Positions 17,824 to 26,809 of a stretch of DNA of 64,000 bases are shown piece by piece; the stretch's first letter is position 1, and the number at the start of each line of letters is the position of its first letter. A model generated the notes under the pieces. That model was not told where the DNA came from and searched no databases. It saw nothing but the letters and a program-made list of their open reading frames with translations. The DNA comes from Magnetococcales bacterium (lineage in GTDB: Bacteria > Pseudomonadota > Magnetococcia > Magnetococcales > UBA8363). Location: positions 1,723-65,722 of the forward strand of contig JADGCV010000006.1 in assembly GCA_015228815.1 (NCBI GenBank). The letters run 5' to 3'. A program made the translations under genes and the position numbers.

Positions 17824-20800
17824 TTACGACTCAACCTTTTTCAGCGCCGGACGTTCCTCCCGAAGACCTCGGCTCATGGCCCGCATGGCCTTGGAATCAA
17901 GGATTTTTTCCACATCCAACGCCAACTTTCGCTGCCAGTTGGGATATTCGTTGGTCGTTCCCGGCAGGTTGACCTGCTCGCGCTGACCGATCACATCCTC
18001 CAATTGCACCATCTGAATTTTGCTGGCGGACATGGAAAGAAAACGGTTGACGGCCAGAACCAGCTCCTCGGTGCAATAAGGGTGATTTGCCGCGGTCCAG
18101 TCCAAGGGAAGAAGACCTTTGGCTTTCACGGCCTGAACCACCTTTTCCCGCTCGTGGCCGCGTTCGGTGATCGTCCGTTGCAAGAGTTCATCGTTGGGGA
18201 ACAGAGACAGACGCCGTTTTTCCTCCAGGTCCACCCCCTCCCAGTAACCGGGGAAGGTGGGCAGATCGTGCGTCGTGACCGCCACCAGGGCGAAGGGCGA
18301 ATAATGCTCCGGCCCCTGGAATTCACCCTGGGAGCCGCGTTCAAAGTAGAACAACTGGTACGAAAAGACGTTGGCCTGGGCCAGTTTTTCCGGCAACCCC
18401 TCCGGTACCGTACCCAAGGCTTCACCGACGACCAGGCATCGGTTGCGCTGACTTTCCAGTTTGACGATCCCCAGAAGATCCTCGAAGGGATAATTGACAT
18501 AGCCTCCCTTGGTCGCCCGTTCACCAACCGGAACCCAGAACAATCGGGTCAGTCCCATGACATGATCGAGACGGACCGCCCCGGAAATGCTCATCGTCGC
18601 CCGCAGGGTTTCGGCGAAGATGCGGTATCCCTCCTCCTTGAGGACTCTGGGATGCAGCGGTGGCAAACCCCAATCCTGCCCCAGGGGGTTGAACTGGTCA
18701 TAGGGCGCCCCCATGCGCGCGCCATCGATGAACAGACGCTGGTTGGCCCAATAGTCCGCCCCATCCGGATCGACCCCCAGGGCGATGTCGTTGTACAAGC
18801 CGACAAGCATTCCCTGATCCTTGCAGGTTTCGACCACAGCAGTCAATTGGTTATTGGCAACCCAATAAAGGTATTGAAAGAATTCAACCTCGACGGCATG
18901 CTGCTCGGCAAATCGGCGCACCTCGGGGGAAGCAGGCGAACGGAAGGGAAGAGGCCATCCGCGCCAGGTACGACCGCCAAAACCACCGTTGCCAAAGTGG
19001 TCCGCCAAAGCATTGTAGAGGGCCAGATGCCACAACCGTTCCCCGGCATTCTTGACGAAACGGCGAAACGCCAGACACCGTTCGGTCGGGACCTCGCCGG
19101 AGGCGCTGGAAAGGTGAAGGACGCGAAACGTCTTGAACAACAGACGCATGATGTCCATCTTCATGTGCCCGATCTCGATGTAGTCCACCATCGGCGTCTG
19201 GCGAACCTGGTCAAGCAGCGCCTTGAACTCGGGGCTCCGGACCTTCTTCCGTGCCTCGGGACAGTGTTCGAACTCGGCAACCGCCTCGGGATCGATGTAC
19301 ACGGGATTGAGAAAGAATCGACTGTTGGGCGAATAAGGGCTGAAGCGTCCCGGATGTCGCGGAAACTGGGCATGCAACGGATTGAGTCCCACCACGCCCG
19401 CCCCTTGCGCCGCCATGCCGGCGGCAAGCGCCTTGAGGTCGGAAAAATCGCCGATTCCCCAGCTTCTGGAGGAATTCAGGGCGTAGAGTTGCACCGCCGC
19501 GCCCCAGATTCGCCCTTCGGTCTTTTGCATTGCCTCCGGCATGTAGCACTGATCGGGAACCCGGATCAACGCCATGACCGCCTTGTCGCTGCCCGAAAGG
19601 CCGGTTCCCGTGATCTCGAAGCGGTGGTATCCCAGGGGAACCTTGACCGGCAACACAAAAAGTCGCCGCTGATATTGACGATCCTCAAGTTCGACGTCGT
19701 CTTCGAGCGAACACTCCTTGAGGTCGATGCGCCCATGAGACAGACGTCCCTCCTCCTCGACGAAGGCCCATTCGAAAATGTTGTTCAGATATTTTGCCTT
19801 GACGACGATGGGAATGCGGATCTCCCCCTTCATCCCGTGGACGACCAGGGAGGGTTCCAGGGGACGACGCCACCGGGCCTCCTCCAGGGTGCGCAACGAG
19901 GCGGAAACCTGCCCCGGAGTGCCGCAAGGCAGACCCATCGCCGTCAGGAAAGAAAGCCTCGTCTCGGGTGGAATCGCCTGCCATTGACCGTAAATATCCC
20001 AGTAGCCATCCTGAATCCCCGCCAAACGGGCGAGACGATCCATCTCCTGAAGCGCATTGGGGCTTTGCACCGGCTTGGGAATATCCTTCCACCCGCCGTC
20101 GATCTGGACAAACTGAAGTACCGCCAGCGAATGGGGCGCCTGGGGATAGTTTTCCATCTGCCACAGGCCCTGTTCCTTGACGAAGGCGGGCTGGCGACTG
20201 GTATCCATCACCAATTGCCAACATTTTTTCTTTTTCTCCGTCCCCTGGACCGGAAGATGGAAGGAAACATCCGCTGGACTGGGATTGATCAGCAAAAGAA
20301 AAGTCGCATCCTGGCTCGCCACGAGTTCGGGGGCGTTGTCACAGGGGATGAGTTCATCCGGCTCGAAGGGGGCGCTGACGATCACCCCCAGGACGTTACC
20401 CGGAAGGTGATCCCAGTCCTCGCGGGAAATCTCCTGGCCATCGGGACGCAACCAGACGATGTCCCGAGGTTTTCCTTCCAGTCCCAGTCCGGTGAAAAAA
20501 TCGGTCTTGCGAAAGACGGGATGCTGGCGGCGAAAGCGTATGAGCTTCTTGACGAAATCAAGCAGGTTTTTCTGGTCCTCGCCCCAGTGGGTCCAATTGA
20601 ACCAGGTGATGTCGTTGTCCTGGCAATAGGGGTTGTTGTTGCCCTTCTGGGAACGACCGAATTCATCGCCGCCGACGATCATCGGCACCCCCTGGGAGAG
20701 TAACAAGGTGGCCAGAAAGTTGCGCAATTGTTGAAACCGCAGCCGGTTGACATCGAGGTCGGCGGTTTCCCCCTCGGCGCCGCAGTTCCAACTGAAATTT

Positions 20801-22260
20801 TCATCACGGCCATCCCGATTGTCTTCCAGGTTGGCCAGGTTGTATTTACGCGAATAGGCGACCAGATCGTACAGTGTAAAGCCGTCGTGGGCGGTGATAA
20901 AGTTCAAGGTGCTCGACGGACGGCGTCCCAGATGATTGAAAACGTCCGAGGAACCGGTAAAGCGGGAGGCAAAGTTGCCCCGTTGACCGCCATCGTTGCG
21001 CCAGAAACGCCGTACCCCATCCCGGTATTTGTCATTCCATTCGGTCCATCCCGGAGGAAATCCCCCCACCTGGTATCCGTCCAGCCCCAGGTCCCAGGCC
21101 TCGGCGATCAATTTGCGTTCCGCCAGGACCGGATCCTGGGCGACGACATCGAGAAAGCCGGCATGACGGTTGAAACGCCCGTCCGCCTCGCGGGCGAGGG
21201 TCGTGGTCAGGTCGAAGCGAAATCCATCGACCCGCATCTCTTCGGACCAGTAACGCAACGAATCGGTAACCAGTTGCAGGACGCGGGAATGACGCAGGTT
21301 GAACGAATTGCCACAGCCGGTAAAATCCTGATAATGGCGTGGGCGTCCGGGCATCAGCCGATAGTAGACGGCATTGTCGATTCCCCGGAAACTCAAGGTG
21401 GGTCCCATCTGATTGCCTTCGGCGGTGTGGTTGTAGACCACATCGAGAAGGACTTCCAGTCCTGCGTCGTGAAGGACCTTGACCATGGTCTTGAATTCGG
21501 CGATGGTCTCGGGATGACTGAAATACTTGGCATGGGGGACGAAGAAGGAGATCGGATTGTAGCCCCAATAGTTGCACAGGTCGCGCTGATGCAGATGCCA
21601 TTCATCGACGAAACCATGCACCGGCAGCAGTTCCAGCGCCGTCACCCCCAGGTTCTGGAAGTAGCGCACCATGGAGGGGGATGCCAGTCCGGCGAAGGTG
21701 CCGCGCAAGGCCTCGGGGACCTCGGGGTGGAGCATGGTCGTTCCACGGACGTGGGTTTCGTAGATGATGGTGTTGCGCCAGGGGGTCCTGGGATGGCGAT
21801 CGTCGCCCCAGGTGTAGGCCTGTTCGACGACGCGGCACTTGGGCATGTAGGGAGCGCTGTCGCGGGTGTCGAAGGACAGGTCGATCGCCGGATCGCCGTA
21901 GCGGAAGCCAAAGAGCGCCTCGTTCCAGACCAGACGACCGAAGAGGGCCTTGGCGTAGGGATCGAGAAGAAATTTATGATGGTTGAAGCGATGCCCGCGG
22001 TTGGGATCGTAGGCGCCGTAGACCCTGTAACCGTAGAGTTGCCCTGGCCGCACATCGGGAAGATAGGCATGCCAGACCTGGTTGGTATACTCGTTGAGTT
22101 TGATCCGGTGGGTCTCATGCATGCCGCTGGGATCGAAAAGAACGAGTTCCACCTTTTCGGCATTTTCGGAAAACAGGGCAAAATTGACCCCACGTCCATC
22201 CCATGTGGCCCCCATGGGAGAAGGTGAACCAGGCCAGACACGCAATTTCGAGGCACTCAC
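17824..22260 (-). CDS. glgX: Bifunctional glycogen debranching enzyme GlgX / 4-alpha-glucanotransferase MalQ fusion (1478 aa)
   Basis: The N-terminal ~700 aa are GlgX-like (VWPGSPSPMGATWDGRGVNFALFS, GH13 blocks DVVYNHT, GFRFD, EAWD). The C-terminal ~600 aa are GH77 amylomaltase-like (WGIGDFSDLKALA, GLNPLH, ending in the PGTTNEYPNWQRKL block). GTG start at 22260. Confidence 0.85.
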   Translation of the reverse strand: MSASKLRVWPGSPSPMGATWDGRGVNFALFSENAEKVELVLFDPSGMHETHRIKLNEYTNQVWHAYLPDVRPGQLYGYRVYGAYDPNRGHRFNHHKFLLDPYAKALFGRLVWNEALFGFRYGDPAIDLSFDTRDSAPYMPKCRVVEQAYTWGDDRHPRTPWRNTIIYETHVRGTTMLHPEVPEALRGTFAGLASPSMVRYFQNLGVTALELLPVHGFVDEWHLHQRDLCNYWGYNPISFFVPHAKYFSHPETIAEFKTMVKVLHDAGLEVLLDVVYNHTAEGNQMGPTLSFRGIDNAVYYRLMPGRPRHYQDFTGCGNSFNLRHSRVLQLVTDSLRYWSEEMRVDGFRFDLTTTLAREADGRFNRHAGFLDVVAQDPVLAERKLIAEAWDLGLDGYQVGGFPPGWTEWNDKYRDGVRRFWRNDGGQRGNFASRFTGSSDVFNHLGRRPSSTLNFITAHDGFTLYDLVAYSRKYNLANLEDNRDGRDENFSWNCGAEGETADLDVNRLRFQQLRNFLATLLLSQGVPMIVGGDEFGRSQKGNNNPYCQDNDITWFNWTHWGEDQKNLLDFVKKLIRFRRQHPVFRKTDFFTGLGLEGKPRDIVWLRPDGQEISREDWDHLPGNVLGVIVSAPFEPDELIPCDNAPELVASQDATFLLLINPSPADVSFHLPVQGTEKKKKCWQLVMDTSRQPAFVKEQGLWQMENYPQAPHSLAVLQFVQIDGGWKDIPKPVQSPNALQEMDRLARLAGIQDGYWDIYGQWQAIPPETRLSFLTAMGLPCGTPGQVSASLRTLEEARWRRPLEPSLVVHGMKGEIRIPIVVKAKYLNNIFEWAFVEEEGRLSHGRIDLKECSLEDDVELEDRQYQRRLFVLPVKVPLGYHRFEITGTGLSGSDKAVMALIRVPDQCYMPEAMQKTEGRIWGAAVQLYALNSSRSWGIGDFSDLKALAAGMAAQGAGVVGLNPLHAQFPRHPGRFSPYSPNSRFFLNPVYIDPEAVAEFEHCPEARKKVRSPEFKALLDQVRQTPMVDYIEIGHMKMDIMRLLFKTFRVLHLSSASGEVPTERCLAFRRFVKNAGERLWHLALYNALADHFGNGGFGGRTWRGWPLPFRSPASPEVRRFAEQHAVEVEFFQYLYWVANNQLTAVVETCKDQGMLVGLYNDIALGVDPDGADYWANQRLFIDGARMGAPYDQFNPLGQDWGLPPLHPRVLKEEGYRIFAETLRATMSISGAVRLDHVMGLTRLFWVPVGERATKGGYVNYPFEDLLGIVKLESQRNRCLVVGEALGTVPEGLPEKLAQANVFSYQLFYFERGSQGEFQGPEHYSPFALVAVTTHDLPTFPGYWEGVDLEEKRRLSLFPNDELLQRTITERGHEREKVVQAVKAKGLLPLDWTAANHPYCTEELVLAVNRFLSMSASKIQMVQLEDVIGQREQVNLPGTTNEYPNWQRKLALDVEKILDSKAMRAMSRGLREERPALKKVES

Positions 22261-22333
22261 GATTTGAACTTCCCCAAAGTGACAGATTGAACCGTGCCTC
22301 CATGGTCGTATGGGTGATCCTTCGGGTCAAGGT

Positions 22334-24559
22334 TCATTCTTTACGAGCGGCAGGTTCGAGGATCAGGGCCGAAAGTGGTGGCAGTTCCAGATCGATGGAA
22401 TGGGACCAATCGTTCCAGGGACGGGGATGGGCCATCACCTGCCCGCGGTTGCCCATGCCCCCCCCGCCATAATCGACCGCGTCGCTGTTGATGCGTTCCA
22501 GGTAAAGTCCGCCCCGGGGGACGCCGATGCGATAGCCATGGCGAGGAACCGGGGTGAAATTGCATACGACAACGATAAATCCCGACGACTGGCGTCCATG
22601 GCGCAGAAAGGCGAACACCGATCGTTCGCGGTCCTCGGACTGGATCCATTCGAATCCACCCGCCTGGCGGTCCTGTTGGAACAGGGGCGGCGTGGCGACA
22701 TAGAGATGGTTGAGGTCGGCCAGAAGTCTCTGGACGCCACGGTGCATGGGATCCTGGAGCAGATGCCAATCGAGGCTGACATCATGATTCCATTCCCGTT
22801 CCTGGGCGAATTCTCCCCCCATGAAGAGCAGTTTCTTTCCCGGATGGGCATACATGAAGGTGTAGAGCAGGCGCAATTGTGAAAATTTTTCCATGCGCTC
22901 GCCATACATTTTGCCCAGAAGCGATTTTTTCAAATGGACCACCTCGTCATGGGACAGGACGAGGATATAATTTTCGTTGAAGGCGTAGACCAGACCGAAG
23001 GTGATCCGGTTGTGATTGTCGGGATGGCTGCGAAAAAAGGGGTCAAGGGAAAGATAATCAAGCACATCGTGCATCCAACCCAGGTTCCATTTGAAACGGA
23101 ATCCCAGCCCCCCTTCATGGAGGGGATGGGTGATCCGGGGCCAGGAGGTCGATTCCTCGGCGATGGTGACCGCTCCGGCGCCGCGTTCGTCGAAGGTTTG
23201 GTTGAGTTTGCGGATGAATTCGATGGCCTCGATATTTTCGTTGCCACCATGTTCGTTGGGCAGCCAATCGCCATCACGGCGGCTGTAGTCGAGGCGAAGC
23301 ATGGAGGCGACCGCATCGACGCGCAGGGCGTCGAAGTGAAAATGGTGGATCCAGTACAGGGCGTTGGCGATGAGAAAATTGCGTACTTCGGCCCGGCCAT
23401 AGTTGTAGATCAGCGTTTTCCAGTCCTGGTGCCAGTTTTTCCTGGGATCGGAATGTTCGTAGAGGAAGGAACCGTCAAAATTGCCAAGACCATGCGGATC
23501 CTTGGGAAAATGCCCCGGAACCCAGTCGAGAATGACGCCGATGTTCTCCCGATGACAGCGATCGACGAAGGCGCGCAACTGATCGGGGGTGCCAAAGCGA
23601 CTGGTCGGAGAAAAAAGGCCGATCGGCTGGTATCCCCAGGAACCGGTATAGGGATGCTCTCCCAGGGGAAGGAGTTCCACATGGGTGAACCCCATCTCCT
23701 TGAGATAGGGGATCAATCCATCCGCGAGTTCCGCATAGGTCAACATCCGATTGTTTTCTTCCGGAACCCGTTTCCAGGATCCGACATGGACCTCGTAGAT
23801 GGCCATCGGGGCATCGGCGGCGTTGGCGCGGGAACGATTGGCAAGCCACTCGGCGTCTTGCCAAACGAACTCCTCCGGGTGCCAGACGATCGAAGCGGTC
23901 TCCGGTGGTTTTTGGGAATAACGGGCATAGGGATCGGCCTTGAGGAAGTATTCGCCGTAACGACCGATGATTTCGAACTTGTACAAGGCACCGGTGACGA
24001 CGCCGGGCATGAAGAGTTCCCAGACACCATGGGGATGACGCAACCGCATGGGATTGCGCCGTCCGTCCCAATCATTGAAGTCGCCCACGACACTGACACG
24101 GCTTGCCTGAGGGGCCAATACCGCGAACAAGGTCCCTTCGATGTCTTCGAACCGATGGGGATGGGCCCCGAGGCATTGATAGATTTCCCAGTTTTCCCCC
24201 ATGGCGATGCGCGCCAGATCCAGTTCTCCGAGCGCCGGAGGAAAACGATAGGGATCCTCGCAATCCCATTTCCACTGGCGTTGGCTGACACGAAAATGGT
24301 AGGGGAATGGACCCGTGGCGGATTCGAACAGGCCTGTGAAAAAGCCGGCGGCATGGACCCGGGTCAGACGACCGGCATCCTGGCGGGTGGCGGAATTGAC
24401 GACCATGACCGAATCGGCCTGCGGAAGAAAAGCCTGGATGCGAAAATGCCGGTCGTCGGTGGCGTGCATCCCCAGGACATCGAATACATTGCGGCAGGAC
24501 CCGCGGACGATGGCGTCCATGATGTCGGCGCCACTGGCGAACGGTGGTTTCCTCGGCAT
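22334..24559 (-). CDS. glgB: 1,4-alpha-glucan branching enzyme
   Basis: 741 aa. GH13 branching-enzyme blocks GFTHVELLPLGEHPYTGSWGYQP, GVILDWVPGHFP and FDALRVDAVASM. ATG confirmed at 24559. Confidence 0.95.
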   Translation of the reverse strand: MPRKPPFASGADIMDAIVRGSCRNVFDVLGMHATDDRHFRIQAFLPQADSVMVVNSATRQDAGRLTRVHAAGFFTGLFESATGPFPYHFRVSQRQWKWDCEDPYRFPPALGELDLARIAMGENWEIYQCLGAHPHRFEDIEGTLFAVLAPQASRVSVVGDFNDWDGRRNPMRLRHPHGVWELFMPGVVTGALYKFEIIGRYGEYFLKADPYARYSQKPPETASIVWHPEEFVWQDAEWLANRSRANAADAPMAIYEVHVGSWKRVPEENNRMLTYAELADGLIPYLKEMGFTHVELLPLGEHPYTGSWGYQPIGLFSPTSRFGTPDQLRAFVDRCHRENIGVILDWVPGHFPKDPHGLGNFDGSFLYEHSDPRKNWHQDWKTLIYNYGRAEVRNFLIANALYWIHHFHFDALRVDAVASMLRLDYSRRDGDWLPNEHGGNENIEAIEFIRKLNQTFDERGAGAVTIAEESTSWPRITHPLHEGGLGFRFKWNLGWMHDVLDYLSLDPFFRSHPDNHNRITFGLVYAFNENYILVLSHDEVVHLKKSLLGKMYGERMEKFSQLRLLYTFMYAHPGKKLLFMGGEFAQEREWNHDVSLDWHLLQDPMHRGVQRLLADLNHLYVATPPLFQQDRQAGGFEWIQSEDRERSVFAFLRHGRQSSGFIVVVCNFTPVPRHGYRIGVPRGGLYLERINSDAVDYGGGGMGNRGQVMAHPRPWNDWSHSIDLELPPLSALILEPAARKE

Positions 24560-24857
24560 GCTTTTCCCCTCTGAAACGAATCCAGCCGATGGCCAGGATC
24601 CCGGAAAATGGTTTCCACTTCTTTGTCACATTCGTTAACCACGCTGCCAGCCGCGCAACCCCGTCACAACCGGAAACGCCGTCGGCAACGGTCACCCCCC
24701 ATGCGCCATCTCGAATTCCATGATCTTCCGTGTTGTTTCGGTGGGTCTACATCACCCATTTTTTTCATTCCCGATCGTGTACCGCAAGTGGAAGCATTAT
24801 ATCCTATGCAAGTGAATTCAAAATGTTAAATGTGACGATGTGGCAATAAAACCGGCT

Positions 24858-25572
24858 TTACACAAGGCCGGTGCGATGTTTGATTCTGTTTTCCAGTGCC
24901 TTCAACTCAGCCTCGTCCTGCGCATCCGCCGCCTGTGCCTCTTGGGTTTTGCGGTGTTGGTCGTAGTTCAGAAACATCGGGGCAATCTGTTGCTCCATCC
25001 GCGCATGGCTTACGGATCCCGCTCCGGTCAAGAGGGGAAAATCATTCGCGGTGATGATTTGCCCGACGTTCTCCTGCCAGAAACTCATGTGGGTGATCGT
25101 TTGCCGTTTGGCGCGCAATTCGGCGGTTTCCAGAAAGATGACCACCAGGCGGTTCAGGGTGTCGATTTCATCTTCGGTCAAATAATTTTTCGCAATCAGA
25201 ATATCTTGTTTGCGTACCCGCGCACCTTTCCAACTGAGCAAGCCAAAGTGTGCATCCGCGGGGTTGGCGCGGGCGAGGATGATTTCGGCGGCGGTTTGCC
25301 GTGTCACCGCGTACAACAGCAGGTTTTGTACCGTGGCGAAAAATTGCTGGGTAGCCCGACTCGGTTTGAACTGTCAAGGATTCCTTGACAGTTGCGGCGG
25401 AGTCGATCTCACCGTTTTGATAAATGTTTTTCAGGTGCAGCGAAATATTTTGCTTGCTGGCATTGAACAACTCCGCCATTTCCAACTGTGTGAGCCAAAC
25501 CGTGCCCCGGTCGGCCCGCAGTTGGATCTGGGATCGCCCGTCTTCGCTGGTGTAGAGAATAAGTTGCGTCAT
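24858..25572 (-). pseudogene. RhuM-family (virulence/DNA-binding) gene remnant, frameshifted with internal deletion
   Basis: ORF 25168..25572 begins with the RhuM-type N-terminus MTQLILYTSEDGRSQIQLRADRGTVWLTQLEMAELF...ATVKESLTVQTE. A second frame (24858..25316, extendable upstream to ...ATQQFFATVQN) carries the RhuM C-terminal half (TAAEIILARANP...LLSWKGARVRKQDILIAKNYLTEDEIDTLNRLV). From my recollection of the family, the total span is about 100 aa shorter than intact members. Confidence 0.7.
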
Positions 25573-25975
25573 ACGAACTCTTCATCCTGCGTAGGGAAAA
25601 GCTGTTGCATCAACTCCCTTGAAAGCGGCTGAATTCCTCGCGGGTTTGATTTGCCCCCATGGCGTTTTCCCTGCCATCGCTGTCGATCGCCAACCGGCCA
25701 TCCCCGATTAAGACAAGCATCAGTATGCATGATCGCTTTTTCCGACGCAAACCGCCAAAACCTGCCTCACTGCCGACCATGCGGGCATTTCCCGACAAAA
25801 ATTTCCGGCCCGTTTGCCGATCACCAATTTGATCCGGTGCATTTTTTTTTCGCCAACCCTTGCCAAACCGGGTACGATGTTCTTCTTTAAGCGGGGGAAT
25901 CCCGGAGAACCACCCACCCATCCTTTTTTCGATCAACTCAATCGACCAGAAACCGACGGCGCGAGAAGCAACTCC

Positions 25976-26758
25976 ATGGCCAGAATCATCGCGATCACCA
26001 ACCAGAAAGGAGGGGTGGGAAAAACCACCACGGCAGTGAATCTTGCAGCCGCCCTTTCGGAGTCGGGACGAAAGGTTCTCCTGGTCGATCTCGATCCCCA
26101 GGGAAATTCCTCGACCTCCCTGGGTGTTGACAAAAACAAGATCCGCCATTCCGTCTACGACGTTCTGTTTGGCCACGCAACCCTCGCCGAAACGCTCGCG
26201 AGGCCATCGGAAGAAAAACTCTGGATCCTTCCCGCCACCCCCGACCTGAGCGGCGCCGAGATCGAACTGGCGGGTGAACCACGGAGGGAACATCGATTGG
26301 CGGAACGGTTGCAAACGATGGCCGAAGAGATGGACCTGATCCTCATCGACTGCCCCCCCTCCCTGGGTTTGCTGACCCTCAACGCCCTGGTCGCCGCGGA
26401 TGGCGTCCTGATTCCGGTCCAATGCGAATTTCTGGCCCTGGAAGGGTTGAGCCAGTTGATGCGAATCCTCGACATCGTGCGCAAACGACTCAATCCGCGC
26501 CTGGAAATCACCGGAATCCTCCTGACCATGTATGACAAAAGGTCAAAATTGATTCGCCAGGTCGTTCGAGAAGTTGAAAAGTTTTTCCCGGATCAGGTGT
26601 TCGAGAACAACATTCCGAGAAACATCACCGTCAGCGAATCGCAAAGTCACGGCAAACCCCTGGTCTGGTTCGACAAAAAATCCAAGGCGGCCAAGGCCTA
26701 CCAAAAACTGGCCAAGGAACTGGCCAAGAGGATGTCACTGAACAAGACAAAGGACTGA
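25976..26758 (+). CDS. parA: Soj/ParA-type partition ATPase, no adjacent parB
   Basis: Start at [27 protein letters not shown] (ATG confirmed at 25976). It is full-length Soj-like throughout ([20 protein letters not shown]). The next gene downstream is glgA, not parB. Confidence 0.9.
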   Translation: MARIIAITNQKGGVGKTTTAVNLAAALSESGRKVLLVDLDPQGNSSTSLGVDKNKIRHSVYDVLFGHATLAETLARPSEEKLWILPATPDLSGAEIELAGEPRREHRLAERLQTMAEEMDLILIDCPPSLGLLTLNALVAADGVLIPVQCEFLALEGLSQLMRILDIVRKRLNPRLEITGILLTMYDKRSKLIRQVVREVEKFFPDQVFENNIPRNITVSESQSHGKPLVWFDKKSKAAKAYQKLAKELAKRMSLNKTKD

Positions 26759-26809
26759 ACGGTCAGGACAAACAATCGGAACAACCTGAATGGAAACCGG
26801 ATCGGACTC

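Noticed and set aside
25610-26422. A 270-aa ORF on the minus strand spanning the parA upstream region and the parA 5' half.
   Set aside because: It is antisense to a canonical Soj/ParA, its composition is Gly/Arg-rich, and it has no recognisable motif. The intergenic part (25573-25975) shows no convincing independent gene.
25976-26758. Interpreting parA plus the rhuM remnant as an intact integrative or plasmid-derived mobile element.
   Set aside because: No integrase, relaxase, replication gene, parB, tRNA target or flanking direct repeats are visible. Only a decayed rhuM fragment remains, so a mobile_element feature is not supportable.
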